Positions 8,669-17,293 of a stretch of 64,000 bases of DNA are shown here, in pieces. Made by a program: the position numbers and the translations under genes. The DNA is from a virus. Its lineage: Duplodnaviria > Caudoviricetes. Positions within the stretch are counted from its first letter, which is position 1, and each line of letters opens with the position of its first letter. Location of the stretch: IMG/VR virus record IMGVR_UViG_3300012158_000002, positions 2,073 through 66,072 of that record. One strand, 5' to 3'. The notes under the pieces were generated by a model. It did not search any database. It was not told the DNA's origin and saw nothing but the letters and a program-made list of their open reading frames with translations.

Positions 8669-9496
8669 ATGCAAGAAATTACGAATTACAAAGACACGTC
8701 AAAACAAACACCAATTGAAATCGCTTTACAAATGGATGATGATAGCACAGTATCAGCAAAAAAGGTTTATGAATTTTTAGGATTACGTAAGGCAGATTAT
8801 GCCAGATGGTGTAAAAGAAATATTCTTGATAATAAATTTGCGGAAGAAAACATTGATTATATTCCTCTCCGCCAATATGCGGAGCAAAGCAACTCCGTTA
8901 CAATTGAATATAAACTTTCAATTATATTCGCCAAAAAACTTTGCATGCAAACCAAAAATAAGAGAGGTGAACAAGCAAAGAATTATTTCATCAAAGTAGA
9001 AAAAGCCTTAAAATCCGTTATGATGAATTTACCAGAAATGACTCAGAATGAAAAATTTCTTCAACTTGCACAAAACGCCGTGGAATTGGAACGTCAGGTG
9101 AAAAAGCAGGATGAAAAAATTGATTCTATCGGCAAAGACTTCAATGACTTCAAACAGGACATGCAGGAATTCAAGATGGACTTACCTCTTCTGGGCGTTG
9201 ATATGGATAAAATAACCAGAGCGGTCAAAAAAAAGGGCGTACACTGCCTTGGCGGCAAAGAAAGCAATGCATATAAAGACAGATGCATCCGGCAGAAACT
9301 ATATAGTGATATTCATTGTGAAATTCGACGGCAGTTCGGCGTAAGTACCTACAAAGCAATCAAGCGCAATCAATGCGAGGCAGCCATTACAATTGTGGAT
9401 GCATATGAACCGCCGTTGATTTTGGAAAACCAGATAATCAACAGTAACATGCAGATAAAAATGGATATGGGAGGAATTAATCATGAAGGATTATGA
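8669..9496 (+). CDS. Phage antirepressor (AntA-like N-terminus, ORF6C-like C-terminus)
   Basis: VSAKKVYEFLG...ARWCKRNI...AKKLCM...AKNYFIKVE; C-term LYSDIHCEIRRQFGVSTYKAIKR. Confidence 0.8.
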   Translation: MQEITNYKDTSKQTPIEIALQMDDDSTVSAKKVYEFLGLRKADYARWCKRNILDNKFAEENIDYIPLRQYAEQSNSVTIEYKLSIIFAKKLCMQTKNKRGEQAKNYFIKVEKALKSVMMNLPEMTQNEKFLQLAQNAVELERQVKKQDEKIDSIGKDFNDFKQDMQEFKMDLPLLGVDMDKITRAVKKKGVHCLGGKESNAYKDRCIRQKLYSDIHCEIRRQFGVSTYKAIKRNQCEAAITIVDAYEPPLILENQIINSNMQIKMDMGGINHEGL

Positions 9497-9644
9497 AGCA
9501 GTAGAAAATGGTTTAAAGAGTCTTGGTTACAAGGATATCACAGACTTAAAATATGAACCATGCGGATACCTAAGGGATACTATCATATTAGATGGTGAGG
9601 TGTTAGGCATCTGGGATTATCAGAAGAATACTTTTGTGGATTAG
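9483..9644 (+). CDS. Small hypothetical phage protein (53 aa, not in ORF track)
   Basis: MKDYEAVENGLKSLGY...IWDYQKNTFVD with GGAGG RBS. Confidence 0.6.
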   Translation: MKDYEAVENGLKSLGYKDITDLKYEPCGYLRDTIILDGEVLGIWDYQKNTFVD

Positions 9645-9930
9645 TAATCAGGATCAAAAAAAACAGACAACCCATCAGCTTGATGGGAAAATAATTAAAC
9701 CAGGAGGATTAATCATGGAATTCACACAACAGCAGGTTAATTGGTTAAAAAATACATTAGGAAAAGAGGAAATAGCTGTCAGGGTAACATCTTATGATGA
9801 AGTCAGAAAGACATATAAAATACAATTTCTTAATGGATTCAGAGTTGCTGCCATGAATGGCTCATATACATCATTCGAGGTGACCAAGGGGAGGGCAGCC
9901 AAGCATATTGAGGACTTTATGAGATATTAA
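9634..9930 (+). CDS. Hypothetical phage protein (true start likely at MEFTQQ)
   Basis: ORF track; AGGAGG before the internal ATG. Confidence 0.55.
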   Translation: MWISNQDQKKQTTHQLDGKIIKPGGLIMEFTQQQVNWLKNTLGKEEIAVRVTSYDEVRKTYKIQFLNGFRVAAMNGSYTSFEVTKGRAAKHIEDFMRY

Positions 9931-10095
9931 ATAAATCAACCGGTCCCGGTGGCATCCGGGGAGAAAGCAGGATATTATGGAAAGAATAAATTTGGTAGAA
10001 GCAATAACCAAGCGGTTAGACAAGCTTAACATCAGGAAACTTAAGTGTATATTCGCCCTACTTAAAGGCATGACAGAAGAAACGGAGGACTTGAT

Positions 10096-10371
10096 ATGAA
10101 AAGCAAAATTACTATTGAGCAATCAGAGCAGCAAGAAATTGACATGGATACTTTACTGCGCTGCTATGAATACATTAAGTCAGCCGAAGCTGAGCCGGAG
10201 AAGCCGGTTATAAGTGAAGGTACTATACTGCGGATAGTTATAATATCCGTAGCCGTGGTACTCGGAATAGCTATTATGATTATTGGATATTTCTCAGGTG
10301 ATGGATTTATTATGCTATCAACAGTCTTTATAGCATTCCTTATGGTTGTAATGTGTATTTTATTTAGCTAA
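10096..10371 (+). CDS. Hypothetical membrane protein with two C-terminal TM helices
   Basis: ORF track; GGAGG RBS; hydrophobic C-terminus. Confidence 0.65.
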   Translation: MKSKITIEQSEQQEIDMDTLLRCYEYIKSAEAEPEKPVISEGTILRIVIISVAVVLGIAIMIIGYFSGDGFIMLSTVFIAFLMVVMCILFS

Positions 10372-10447
10372 TGAATCAGTGCGATAGATTACTCTTCCAT
10401 CTATGTTTAATATGATTTATAATATAGATGGAAGATAATTAAAATTA

Positions 10448-10699
10448 GTGGAGGTAAACAAGATGAATTCTGTATTTGTTAACATAGACATTAACGCCCA
10501 ATGTGATGGGGATTGTACAAAATGTAAATTTGATTTGCTCCCATCCGAATGTGAACCTTGGGATGAGGCAATAAATAAACTGATTAAAACTCTTGGATTT
10601 AAATATATCATTTTGCAAAAAATTAATGATTTTTTTAAATTAAAGTATGAAAAGGAGTACCGGCACGATGAATCGAAGACAATGGAAAAAGAAACATAG
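10448..10699 (+). CDS. Hypothetical protein with Cys motif
   Basis: CDGDCTKC; GGAGG RBS at an internal ATG. Confidence 0.55.
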   Translation: MEVNKMNSVFVNIDINAQCDGDCTKCKFDLLPSECEPWDEAINKLIKTLGFKYIILQKINDFFKLKYEKEYRHDESKTMEKET

Positions 10700-10818
10700 A
10701 AACCTGGGACTCAATGAAGAATATGGATTTACCACTGAAACATATAAGGAACGCAAAGAAATGGATAGAAATTATCAAGAATACTGCAATTATGTAAGGA
10801 AAGTAAACACCAACAAAA

Positions 10819-11244
10819 ATGATGATAGGAAGTTATTTAGTATGTTTGATTAAATATTTTACAATAAAAGAAAAAGGAGTTGAGAGTATGACTAGAATGA
10901 CATTTTATACAGATAAAGAAAAAGGCTTTGCATTGCCTGCATCATTGCCCGATAATGATATGGGCGATACATATTCTTTGGAGGATATATGCTGCAAACT
11001 TGCACCATTTGAGGATGCGGAAGAACAGGGACTTCTTGTGATATTTCCTTGTAAAGTTGGAGATATATTTTATTCCATTTTTAAATCTCATGGAATAGAA
11101 GATCTAGGAGAACGTAAATGCATTGGATTTACCGATAAGGCAATTCTTTCAGAATTTGGTGGTATTTATAATTTTGAACAAATCGGCAAAACCGTATTTC
11201 TTACCCAAGAAGAAGCCGAAGCCGCATTAAAATCTAATTTATGA
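10819..11244 (+). CDS. Conserved clostridial phage hypothetical protein
   Basis: LAPFEDAEEQGLLVIFPCKVGD and IGKTVFLTQEEAEAAL motifs; likely start MTRMTF. Confidence 0.7.
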   Translation: MMIGSYLVCLIKYFTIKEKGVESMTRMTFYTDKEKGFALPASLPDNDMGDTYSLEDICCKLAPFEDAEEQGLLVIFPCKVGDIFYSIFKSHGIEDLGERKCIGFTDKAILSEFGGIYNFEQIGKTVFLTQEEAEAALKSNL

Positions 11245-11352
11245 TTATTATTAAAGGATTAGGGCGGTTTTTCTGCCCTTTCCACTTTCATATTAACTTA
11301 TAATGGAGTATAATATTGATCAGGAAGCTTCATCTGATAAGAAAGGATAAAT

Positions 11353-11529
11353 ATGGAACCACGATATAAATTAGAAAAAGATTCAATATGTTATGGATGC
11401 CAGTCATATCTTCATTGGACGGAATCCAATGATCCAGAAGCCTTTCAGGAGGATGATATAGACGAATTTGGCGGAGTATGTGATACTTCAATTCCATGCG
11501 TTTGCGGAAGTCTTAATACATACAATTAA
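11353..11529 (+). CDS. Small acidic Cys-rich protein (58 aa, not in ORF track)
   Basis: MEPRYKLEKDSICYGC...GGVCDTSIPCVCGSLNTYN; AAAGGA RBS. Confidence 0.55.
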   Translation: MEPRYKLEKDSICYGCQSYLHWTESNDPEAFQEDDIDEFGGVCDTSIPCVCGSLNTYN

Positions 11530-11888
11530 AATTTACGGCAGGAGCTGAGGAAAGGAAATAAAATGAAAAAACAAGATGGTGTAAATGTAATTTTTAATGG
11601 ACATATTTATCATTTTGATAATGATGTGAATTTAGATGGTTATCTGGAACGGTGCTGTGAGAGCGTTGAAGAGACGGACAGAGAAAATGCAGTTCTTTAT
11701 GATGATGAACTTAATATTTAAAGACTATGTTGGGAAAGGAAAGATTATCTATGGAGGACATTTCTTATTAACAAAGAAAAAGCAGAAAAATTAAAATTAT
11801 GAAAGCTATGGTGTTGACAATGACAGAATCACCTTAAAATAAGTCCACGAAAATAAAGCGTGGCTAAACATTTAGAGCCAAGCGGATA

Positions 11889-12263
11889 ATGGCCACAACA
11901 AAAACGGGTTCGCCGGTACCAAAACCGGCAATATTTAATTTAGTGGAGGTAAAACAAATAATGGAATTATATGAATATGGATTTAATCATGTCGGACAGT
12001 TCAGAATAAAGGTACTCGAAGGATTTGAAGAAAAAGAAAAAGTATTTATGCGAAAACACGACTATCCAAGACAAATTAAGAAAAATGAAATAGGATGTCC
12101 TAAGAAAGATTTTGGTCCGATTCTCTGCTATTTGACAGAAAAGGACGATGAAAAAGCCAAGGATTTAATCCGGTCTTACATCAATACTATGCTTTCCAAA
12201 GAGAATGAGCGTCATAAAAAAGAATGTGAATATATTAATAAACTTATGAAATCAGTAATTTAA
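11889..12263 (+). CDS. Hypothetical phage protein
   Basis: ORF track; GGAGG RBS before the internal MELYEY start. Confidence 0.6.
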   Translation: MATTKTGSPVPKPAIFNLVEVKQIMELYEYGFNHVGQFRIKVLEGFEEKEKVFMRKHDYPRQIKKNEIGCPKKDFGPILCYLTEKDDEKAKDLIRSYINTMLSKENERHKKECEYINKLMKSVI

Positions 12264-12333
12264 CTTTTTGGGTTGGGATGTTGCAAGGATCAGGAAAGTA
12301 CGGGGTGGGTTGCGTGACTTTTATATTAAACAT

Positions 12334-12469
12334 GATGGTGTGTGGTGCTAATAAATGCGAATTTTGTGAGGGGGCGGTACCCGTTTCTATTGTTAGTAAT
12401 GCGCGCATGAAATCAATAGCAAAAGACAAGTGTCAGCAACGTTAGCCGGTTCGAGTCCGGATGCCATCA
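12334..12469 (+). ncRNA. tRNA-like element (136 nt) with acceptor and T arms
   Basis: GATGGTG (12334) pairs with TGCCATC-A (12462-69); T arm CCGG-TTCGAGT-CCGG; interior too long and lacks a canonical anticodon arm. Confidence 0.5.
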
Positions 12470-12502
12470 AAAACCCCAAGTACATAAATACTTGGGGTTT
12501 TT
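12469..12502. terminator. Bidirectional terminator between the convergent arms
   Basis: AAAACCCCAAGTA-loop-TACTTGGGGTTTTT. Confidence 0.8.
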
Positions 12503-12561
12503 CTGAAAAGTGTTTCCACAGATCAATTGGTATACTCTTTCTAGACAAGTGAAGTATAACA

Positions 12562-12891
12562 CTATGGAACCATTTTTACAAGCGTATTATAATTAAATTC
12601 CGCATTAACCGCTATCTCTAACCAAGAATGAGCCTGATCATATTTTTTCTGATCAAAGTAAATACTGGCTATTTTATAGCAGACTGTGGGGCGCGGTTCT
12701 GATAGCATAAAGGTATCATAAAGTGTTTTTAATGCCTTATTATCCTTACCCTGTAAAAGATAGCATTCTGCAAGCTGGATGTGGTTGTAAACCCGGCATT
12801 CTTTGTCTCGATCATTCTGTATCTTATTTTTAAAATGTTGTACAAGATCATTAATCACTTCATTTAATTCCCCTTTTGCTATCATTTCCAC
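12562..12891 (-). CDS. TPR-repeat protein, possibly truncated
   Basis: QLAECYLLQG...PRPTVCYKIASIYFDQKKYDQAHSWLEIA helical repeats. Confidence 0.6.
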   Translation of the reverse strand: MEMIAKGELNEVINDLVQHFKNKIQNDRDKECRVYNHIQLAECYLLQGKDNKALKTLYDTFMLSEPRPTVCYKIASIYFDQKKYDQAHSWLEIAVNAEFNYNTLVKMVP

Positions 12892-12896
12892 CTCTC

Positions 12897-13382
12897 TTAT
12901 TTTGAATCGATCTCTTTCAGTATCTGTTTATAGCTATTTTTGATTAGGTCTTTTTCTTGCTTGTCGGCAGACTTATAAAGCATTTCAGCTATTTGCTCGT
13001 CAATCTTAAGCATTTTCTTTATGGCTGATTCTGCAAGCTCACCATGGTATTCCGGGGCATCAGATGTTTGTTCTAATCCCTTTTGCTTCATGTATTCTAT
13101 AAATTGTATTAATGACTCCTGTTTGAGATTATCAATTCGGCTGTGGGGAATAAAATCAACAATCTCAAGCCGGTGGTCGATATCTTTTGTGTCCTGTGGC
13201 TCATATTTGACTGCATTGTCCGTCAGAGCAGATGAGTCAATGTTTTCCTCAGTCATATACGAGAACTGTCTCTTTAGCCCAAATAGAGCGTTAAGTAATA
13301 TAGCATTATCTCGATTTGGTTCGTTTTCGATTAATCCAGGTATTTCTTGTTCAATTGAATGTTTCCAAAGTTCAAGGCTCAT
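12897..13382 (-). CDS. Hypothetical helical protein of the post-lysis cluster
   Basis: 161-aa ORF with GAGGTGG RBS. Confidence 0.75.
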   Translation of the reverse strand: MSLELWKHSIEQEIPGLIENEPNRDNAILLNALFGLKRQFSYMTEENIDSSALTDNAVKYEPQDTKDIDHRLEIVDFIPHSRIDNLKQESLIQFIEYMKQKGLEQTSDAPEYHGELAESAIKKMLKIDEQIAEMLYKSADKQEKDLIKNSYKQILKEIDSK

Positions 13383-13394
13383 ATTGTCACCGCT

Positions 13395-13943
13395 TTAATA
13401 TTTATATCCCAGTTTTTTTTCTTCTTTTTCAGCTTCATCATGATTATTGTATTCTGTCGTTTCATAGATATATAGATCATGTAACGGCGTCCCAAGCTGC
13501 TTCATATCATTCCAGCGTTTGATTTTTCTGTTTAAATCAACGATTGCACATTTAATACAACCTGCTTTATCATACAATGGACATGCAATATCACGAAGAC
13601 AAAGCGGTGCAACAAATATATTAGCCGCTTCATGTAATTTCCAATACATTTCCCATAGTCCTTTTCGATATTCTATCAAAAAAGAATCTATTGAATTTAC
13701 AGTTGGAAATTGTGCATAAGATTCCATTGGATATACTTCTGTTTCAAACAAATCAAAGGCTTCTGACTGTAAATATTTTCTTATGTTTTCATCTTTTGTT
13801 CCTGATATTCTGCTTTCTCTTTTTTTACCCTGAACACCTAATGCCAGAGCCTTTACAAATGCGGTATTTTCAAATATTTCAAAACGGTATAACAAATCCA
13901 CAGTATTTTGGATATGCTTAATACATTCTTCTTTGTTTGGCAT
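13395..13943 (-). CDS. Hypothetical helical-bundle protein (ferritin-like fold possible)
   Basis: 182-aa ORF with GGAGGTG RBS; fold call is tentative. Confidence 0.6.
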   Translation of the reverse strand: MPNKEECIKHIQNTVDLLYRFEIFENTAFVKALALGVQGKKRESRISGTKDENIRKYLQSEAFDLFETEVYPMESYAQFPTVNSIDSFLIEYRKGLWEMYWKLHEAANIFVAPLCLRDIACPLYDKAGCIKCAIVDLNRKIKRWNDMKQLGTPLHDLYIYETTEYNNHDEAEKEEKKLGYKY

Positions 13944-13946
13944 TGT

Positions 13947-14159
13947 TTATTCACCTCCAAAGTATGATTTTTTGGGGTTGTCGGCCATTCTGTGTGTACT
14001 TTTTTCTTCCATGTATCTTTTGGCGTGTTTGCGATTTTCAAAAAGCACATGAAGCGTTTTTTCACCATCAGCAGTCATCTTTTGGGATTCAGATTTTACT
14101 AATTCCATAATCTTTTCATCTAAATCGTCTATGTATTTACTGAAATAATCAGCATGCAT
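13947..14159 (-). CDS. Hypothetical protein
   Basis: ORF track; GGAGG RBS; in operon. Confidence 0.7.
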   Translation of the reverse strand: MHADYFSKYIDDLDEKIMELVKSESQKMTADGEKTLHVLFENRKHAKRYMEEKSTHRMADNPKKSYFGGE

Positions 14160-14173
14160 AATTATACCTCCTC

Positions 14174-14608
14174 TTAACGAACTTTTTCTACAACTACTTC
14201 AACATTGCTGAAAACAGCTCCAACTCCGGTATCAACGAATGTCAAGGATACGGAAGTTCCGCAACTAAAGCAAGCAGGTGTAACACAAACGGTTGTCGCA
14301 AATGCCATATTGACTATATCCGTAATAGCTGTACTATCCTCTGTAGCTTCGGCGCCGGGCTGAAGCACTCCATTTACAAAAAGCTGAACAGTAATATCTC
14401 CGGCTGTGCCGCTTTCTGCTGCATCACCATTAAAATGTACCTTATAAAGACCAGGGCAGTTTAAACTGATAGAACTTGAGCCAGCAGAATGTTTTATTGC
14501 ACGGCCAACCCTTGCTCTATTAGTATTAAATGCAAGTGGAGAGCCGGTAATAATTGTTTGATCTGTATTTGTATAAGTATCCAAAATACTTGCATAATCG
14601 TTAGACAT
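14174..14608 (-). CDS. BclA C-terminal-like (C1q/TNF-like beta-sandwich) protein
   Basis: PLAFNTN...SISLNCPGLYKVHFN...VQLFVNGVLQPGA pattern; AGGAGG RBS. Confidence 0.7.
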   Translation of the reverse strand: MSNDYASILDTYTNTDQTIITGSPLAFNTNRARVGRAIKHSAGSSSISLNCPGLYKVHFNGDAAESGTAGDITVQLFVNGVLQPGAEATEDSTAITDIVNMAFATTVCVTPACFSCGTSVSLTFVDTGVGAVFSNVEVVVEKVR

Positions 14609-14625
14609 ATAAATTCCTCCTAAAT

Positions 14626-14880
14626 TTAACTAAGTTTATTATTAATTTCTTTTACAGTTTCCAATAATTGACGTCCGCTCCTTGCACTATCTTTATTGTT
14701 TTTAACATTCTGTGTATTGAGCATGACATTTTTTGCATTAAGCATTACATTTCGGCGATTTAGATATACTATTTCTACCGTTAATGCCAAAATCAAAACA
14801 TTTACGGTAAAATTAAGCCATCCGGATGTATCATTCGTTCGGTTCATCTGGTATTGATTGATTTGGTACATCTGCATCAC
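14626..14880 (-). CDS. Small hypothetical protein with TM segment and NVMLN repeat
   Basis: ORF track; NVMLNAK-NVMLNTQ duplication. Confidence 0.55.
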   Translation of the reverse strand: MMQMYQINQYQMNRTNDTSGWLNFTVNVLILALTVEIVYLNRRNVMLNAKNVMLNTQNVKNNKDSARSGRQLLETVKEINNKLS

Positions 14881-15016
14881 CGTCCATTTTATTTAAATAA
14901 TCAATTCCCTGGCCTAATATGCTTTGTATTCCGGTTTCTACTTGTGCCCGGAATTTAGGATTATTAAGATACGTTCCTGCAAATAATCCAACAATAAGGG
15001 GTATTGCATTTCCCAT
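14831..15016 (-). CDS. Small membrane-anchored hypothetical protein
   Basis: GAGGTG RBS; hydrophobic N-terminus. Confidence 0.6.
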   Translation of the reverse strand: MGNAIPLIVGLFAGTYLNNPKFRAQVETGIQSILGQGIDYLNKMDGDADVPNQSIPDEPNE

Positions 15017-15095
15017 ATAATCACCTCTTTCTATATAAATAGAGCGACTTTAGCCGCTCTATTAGACCATAACGACAGTCAGCGTTTATTAAATT

Positions 15096-15836
15096 TTATG
15101 CACAGCATCCATCAAATCCGAATCCATCACAACGTCCACGGCGAGGGAATTCACGTTCAAATCGTTCAAAACGATCTTCACAGCAATTATCCGGAACCCT
15201 TGTCAGACAAGGCACGTCGCAACGGCTAAATACAGGCGGACGCTTGGGGAGTTCGCAGGACAGTTTGGCAATTTCTGCATCGGTACGGCAGAACTGCTTG
15301 TCAACATCATTCCTGACAGAACCAATAGCACCAAGAACCTGATCAATCTTACGTTCTGTAAACATTTCACTTTTAAGGGTCTGTACTTCGCTGTTTTTCT
15401 CAGCAAGCTTATCTCTAAGGTCTTGGATATAGTTGGCTTCTATGAGACTTCTCGTTTTCTGCCCATCGCATAAAACTTCCTTTTGTGTCTCACAAGATGT
15501 CTTCCATACATCCATATCAACTTTTCCAATCTCTTTGCACAGATGATATTCCTGCTCCCAGTTTGATTCATCCTTAAAAGTAGGCTGTACACAAGGACCG
15601 CAACCGCAGCCACCACCAAATCCCGGATAAGGCATAGCATAACCTCCGTCTCTTCCGTCTCTGTGACCATCACGGAATAAAAGCCATGCAATTACGAAAA
15701 AAACAATAATAATACACCAGCTCCCACCGCCACCATAACCACCACCGACATTCATGATTTCACGATCTTCTCCAAAAATATTAGACATAGTTTTCTCCTT
15801 TCTAAAATATTTATTTATCAAAAAGCTTTCGCTCAA
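15096..15836 (-). CDS. Gly/Cys-rich protein with TM helix and coiled coil (spore coat/morphogenetic-like)
   Basis: GGGYGGGGSWCIIIVFFVIAWLLF, GFGGGCGCGPC, Cys-rich tail GFGFDGCCA; likely start MSNIFG after AAGGAG. Confidence 0.7.
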   Translation of the reverse strand: MSESFLINKYFRKEKTMSNIFGEDREIMNVGGGYGGGGSWCIIIVFFVIAWLLFRDGHRDGRDGGYAMPYPGFGGGCGCGPCVQPTFKDESNWEQEYHLCKEIGKVDMDVWKTSCETQKEVLCDGQKTRSLIEANYIQDLRDKLAEKNSEVQTLKSEMFTERKIDQVLGAIGSVRNDVDKQFCRTDAEIAKLSCELPKRPPVFSRCDVPCLTRVPDNCCEDRFERFEREFPRRGRCDGFGFDGCCA

Positions 15837-15839
15837 TGA

Positions 15840-16217
15840 TCATATTTTGGGATATTTAGAACTATCAAAGCCCGATTTTATATTTCTTGTTGGTGTAGAT
15901 ATATTTTTAGGGCTGTTAGTATTGATTGAATTACCAAGTTTATCTACCATTCCCTTGAGAGAATTTGGATTTAATCCAATTTTGCTTGCATAGGAACCGT
16001 ATTTCCCATAAATATCATGAATAAATTTTTTATCCACACCCATATCATTTAATATTTGTGCTCCGTTTTCCAAACTTGGATTATTCATTATTTGAGGTAT
16101 TATTTTTTTTCCTTGTGCTATTGCTCCTTTTACTTCCTGAGGTGATTTCCCCAGCATCTGAGCTATCTTGTCCGAATTGTTCATTGCGAGATTCATCGCC
16201 ATATCTACTAAACCCAT
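15840..16217 (-). CDS. Hypothetical protein of the post-lysis cluster
   Basis: 125-aa ORF with AAGGAG RBS. Confidence 0.75.
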   Translation of the reverse strand: MGLVDMAMNLAMNNSDKIAQMLGKSPQEVKGAIAQGKKIIPQIMNNPSLENGAQILNDMGVDKKFIHDIYGKYGSYASKIGLNPNSLKGMVDKLGNSINTNSPKNISTPTRNIKSGFDSSKYPKI

Positions 16218-16530
16218 TCGTCTGCATCTCCTTTATTTGGAATTGTAATCCTCCGATTGCTTCTAATAATTGTTTGTTTATTTCTGCCTGTTGTGCAGCT
16301 TGTTCTAATGCTATTTCTTCTGTTGTTTTTGGTATTTGTATCACTCCAAGCTCTACAAGTTTTGCATAATAGCTATCTAATCGTTCTTGCATTTCTGCTA
16401 TTGTTTGCTGATATTCCTGTTCTTTCTGTGCATCAATACCGACAGCCTGACGCTTACGTCCTGTAGATGCTTCATAGATCACACCATTTTCATCAATAAT
16501 TGCAGTAAATATGTTATCTCCGTAAGCCAT
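16081..16530 (-). CDS. Hypothetical coiled-coil protein
   Basis: 149-aa ORF with AGGAGG RBS. Confidence 0.75.
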   Translation of the reverse strand: MAYGDNIFTAIIDENGVIYEASTGRKRQAVGIDAQKEQEYQQTIAEMQERLDSYYAKLVELGVIQIPKTTEEIALEQAAQQAEINKQLLEAIGGLQFQIKEMQTNGFSRYGDESRNEQFGQDSSDAGEITSGSKRSNSTRKKNNTSNNE

Positions 16531-16582
16531 ATTTCCTCCTATTTATTAATCAATTTTATTTATCTTAAATATATTTTCGCAT

Positions 16583-16627
16583 AAAAAATGAGCGGCAACA
16601 CACGAGAAATCCTCGCGATTGCCGCTC
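16583..16627 (-). terminator. Intrinsic terminator-like hairpin between the HTH gene and the cluster
   Basis: GAGCGGCAA...TTGCCGCTC followed by ATTTTTT. Confidence 0.65.
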
Positions 16628-16636
16628 TAAATTCTT

Positions 16637-16864
16637 TTATAAAACTTTGATTATCTTTTTATTTACCTTGTTTGATAAGGTGGTTGCTTTCGATTCCTTT
16701 ATATGCATTATATCACATATTTCAATCATACTTTTGTTTTTTGCTCTTAAATTGAAAAACTGCAATTCTTCATCTGTAAAATTGCAGTTTTCAATAAAAA
16801 ATTCAAGTTCTTTTTTAACAAAATTACATAGCTTTGGGCGTTTTTCTGCCATTATCGCCTCCAA
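16637..16864 (-). CDS. Stand-alone LuxR/GerE-like HTH regulator
   Basis: FTDEELQFFNLRAKNKSMIEICDIMHIKESKATTLSNKVNKKI resembles a LuxR/sigma region-4 HTH. Confidence 0.65.
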   Translation of the reverse strand: MEAIMAEKRPKLCNFVKKELEFFIENCNFTDEELQFFNLRAKNKSMIEICDIMHIKESKATTLSNKVNKKIIKVL

Positions 16865-16887
16865 TAAAAAAGAACGCCTTAACGTTC

Positions 16888-16977
16888 TTAATTTTTTCTT
16901 ACTTTCGTTCCCCGGGAATTACTATTGGAATTATTTTTTTTCTTTTTTCTAGTTTTCGTCACTTTGACTGTTGCCAT
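16888..16977 (-). CDS. 29-aa Lys/Arg/Asn-rich basic peptide (not in ORF track)
   Basis: MATVKVTKTRKKKKNNSNSNSRGTKVRKN; GGAGTGG RBS. Confidence 0.5.
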   Translation of the reverse strand: MATVKVTKTRKKKKNNSNSNSRGTKVRKN

Positions 16978-17293
16978 CTAACCACTCCATATATTCTAAA
17001 AATAATTTCCATGTTTCTTCTGAAACATCTTGTGATGTTACCAGATTTGAATTTCCGGCTGCATAAACTCCTGTGGCTTCAATCGATGTAGTATATTCAT
17101 ATTGTAGGCGTTCATAAGTATAGAGACAGTATTGTCCAACGACAACAACAATCAATGCAATTATAATACTACAGAGCCATGTATTGATACGTTTTGTCAT
17201 CTGTAACATTTCCCATGCCCACGAATGATCAATATCGCGTTCTGCTTTTTCAACTTCATTTTCTACTTTGTCAATTTTTTGCTCAATGTTCAT
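16949..17293 (-). CDS. Single-TM hypothetical protein
   Basis: Central hydrophobic helix WLCSIIIALIVVVVG; ATGA-type overlap with the upstream gene. Confidence 0.75.
   Translation of the reverse strand: MNIEQKIDKVENEVEKAERDIDHSWAWEMLQMTKRINTWLCSIIIALIVVVVGQYCLYTYERLQYEYTTSIEATGVYAAGNSNLVTSQDVSEETWKLFLEYMEWLDGNSQSDEN

Noticed and set aside
12444-12469. tRNA-like 3' end as attL of this prophage
   Set aside because: Sequence and orientation do not match the tRNA-Lys 3' end at 63880
16531-16590. SigK/SigE promoter for the spore-like cluster
   Set aside because: No adequate match to the CATA---TA or CATACAAT -10 consensus could be supported by eye
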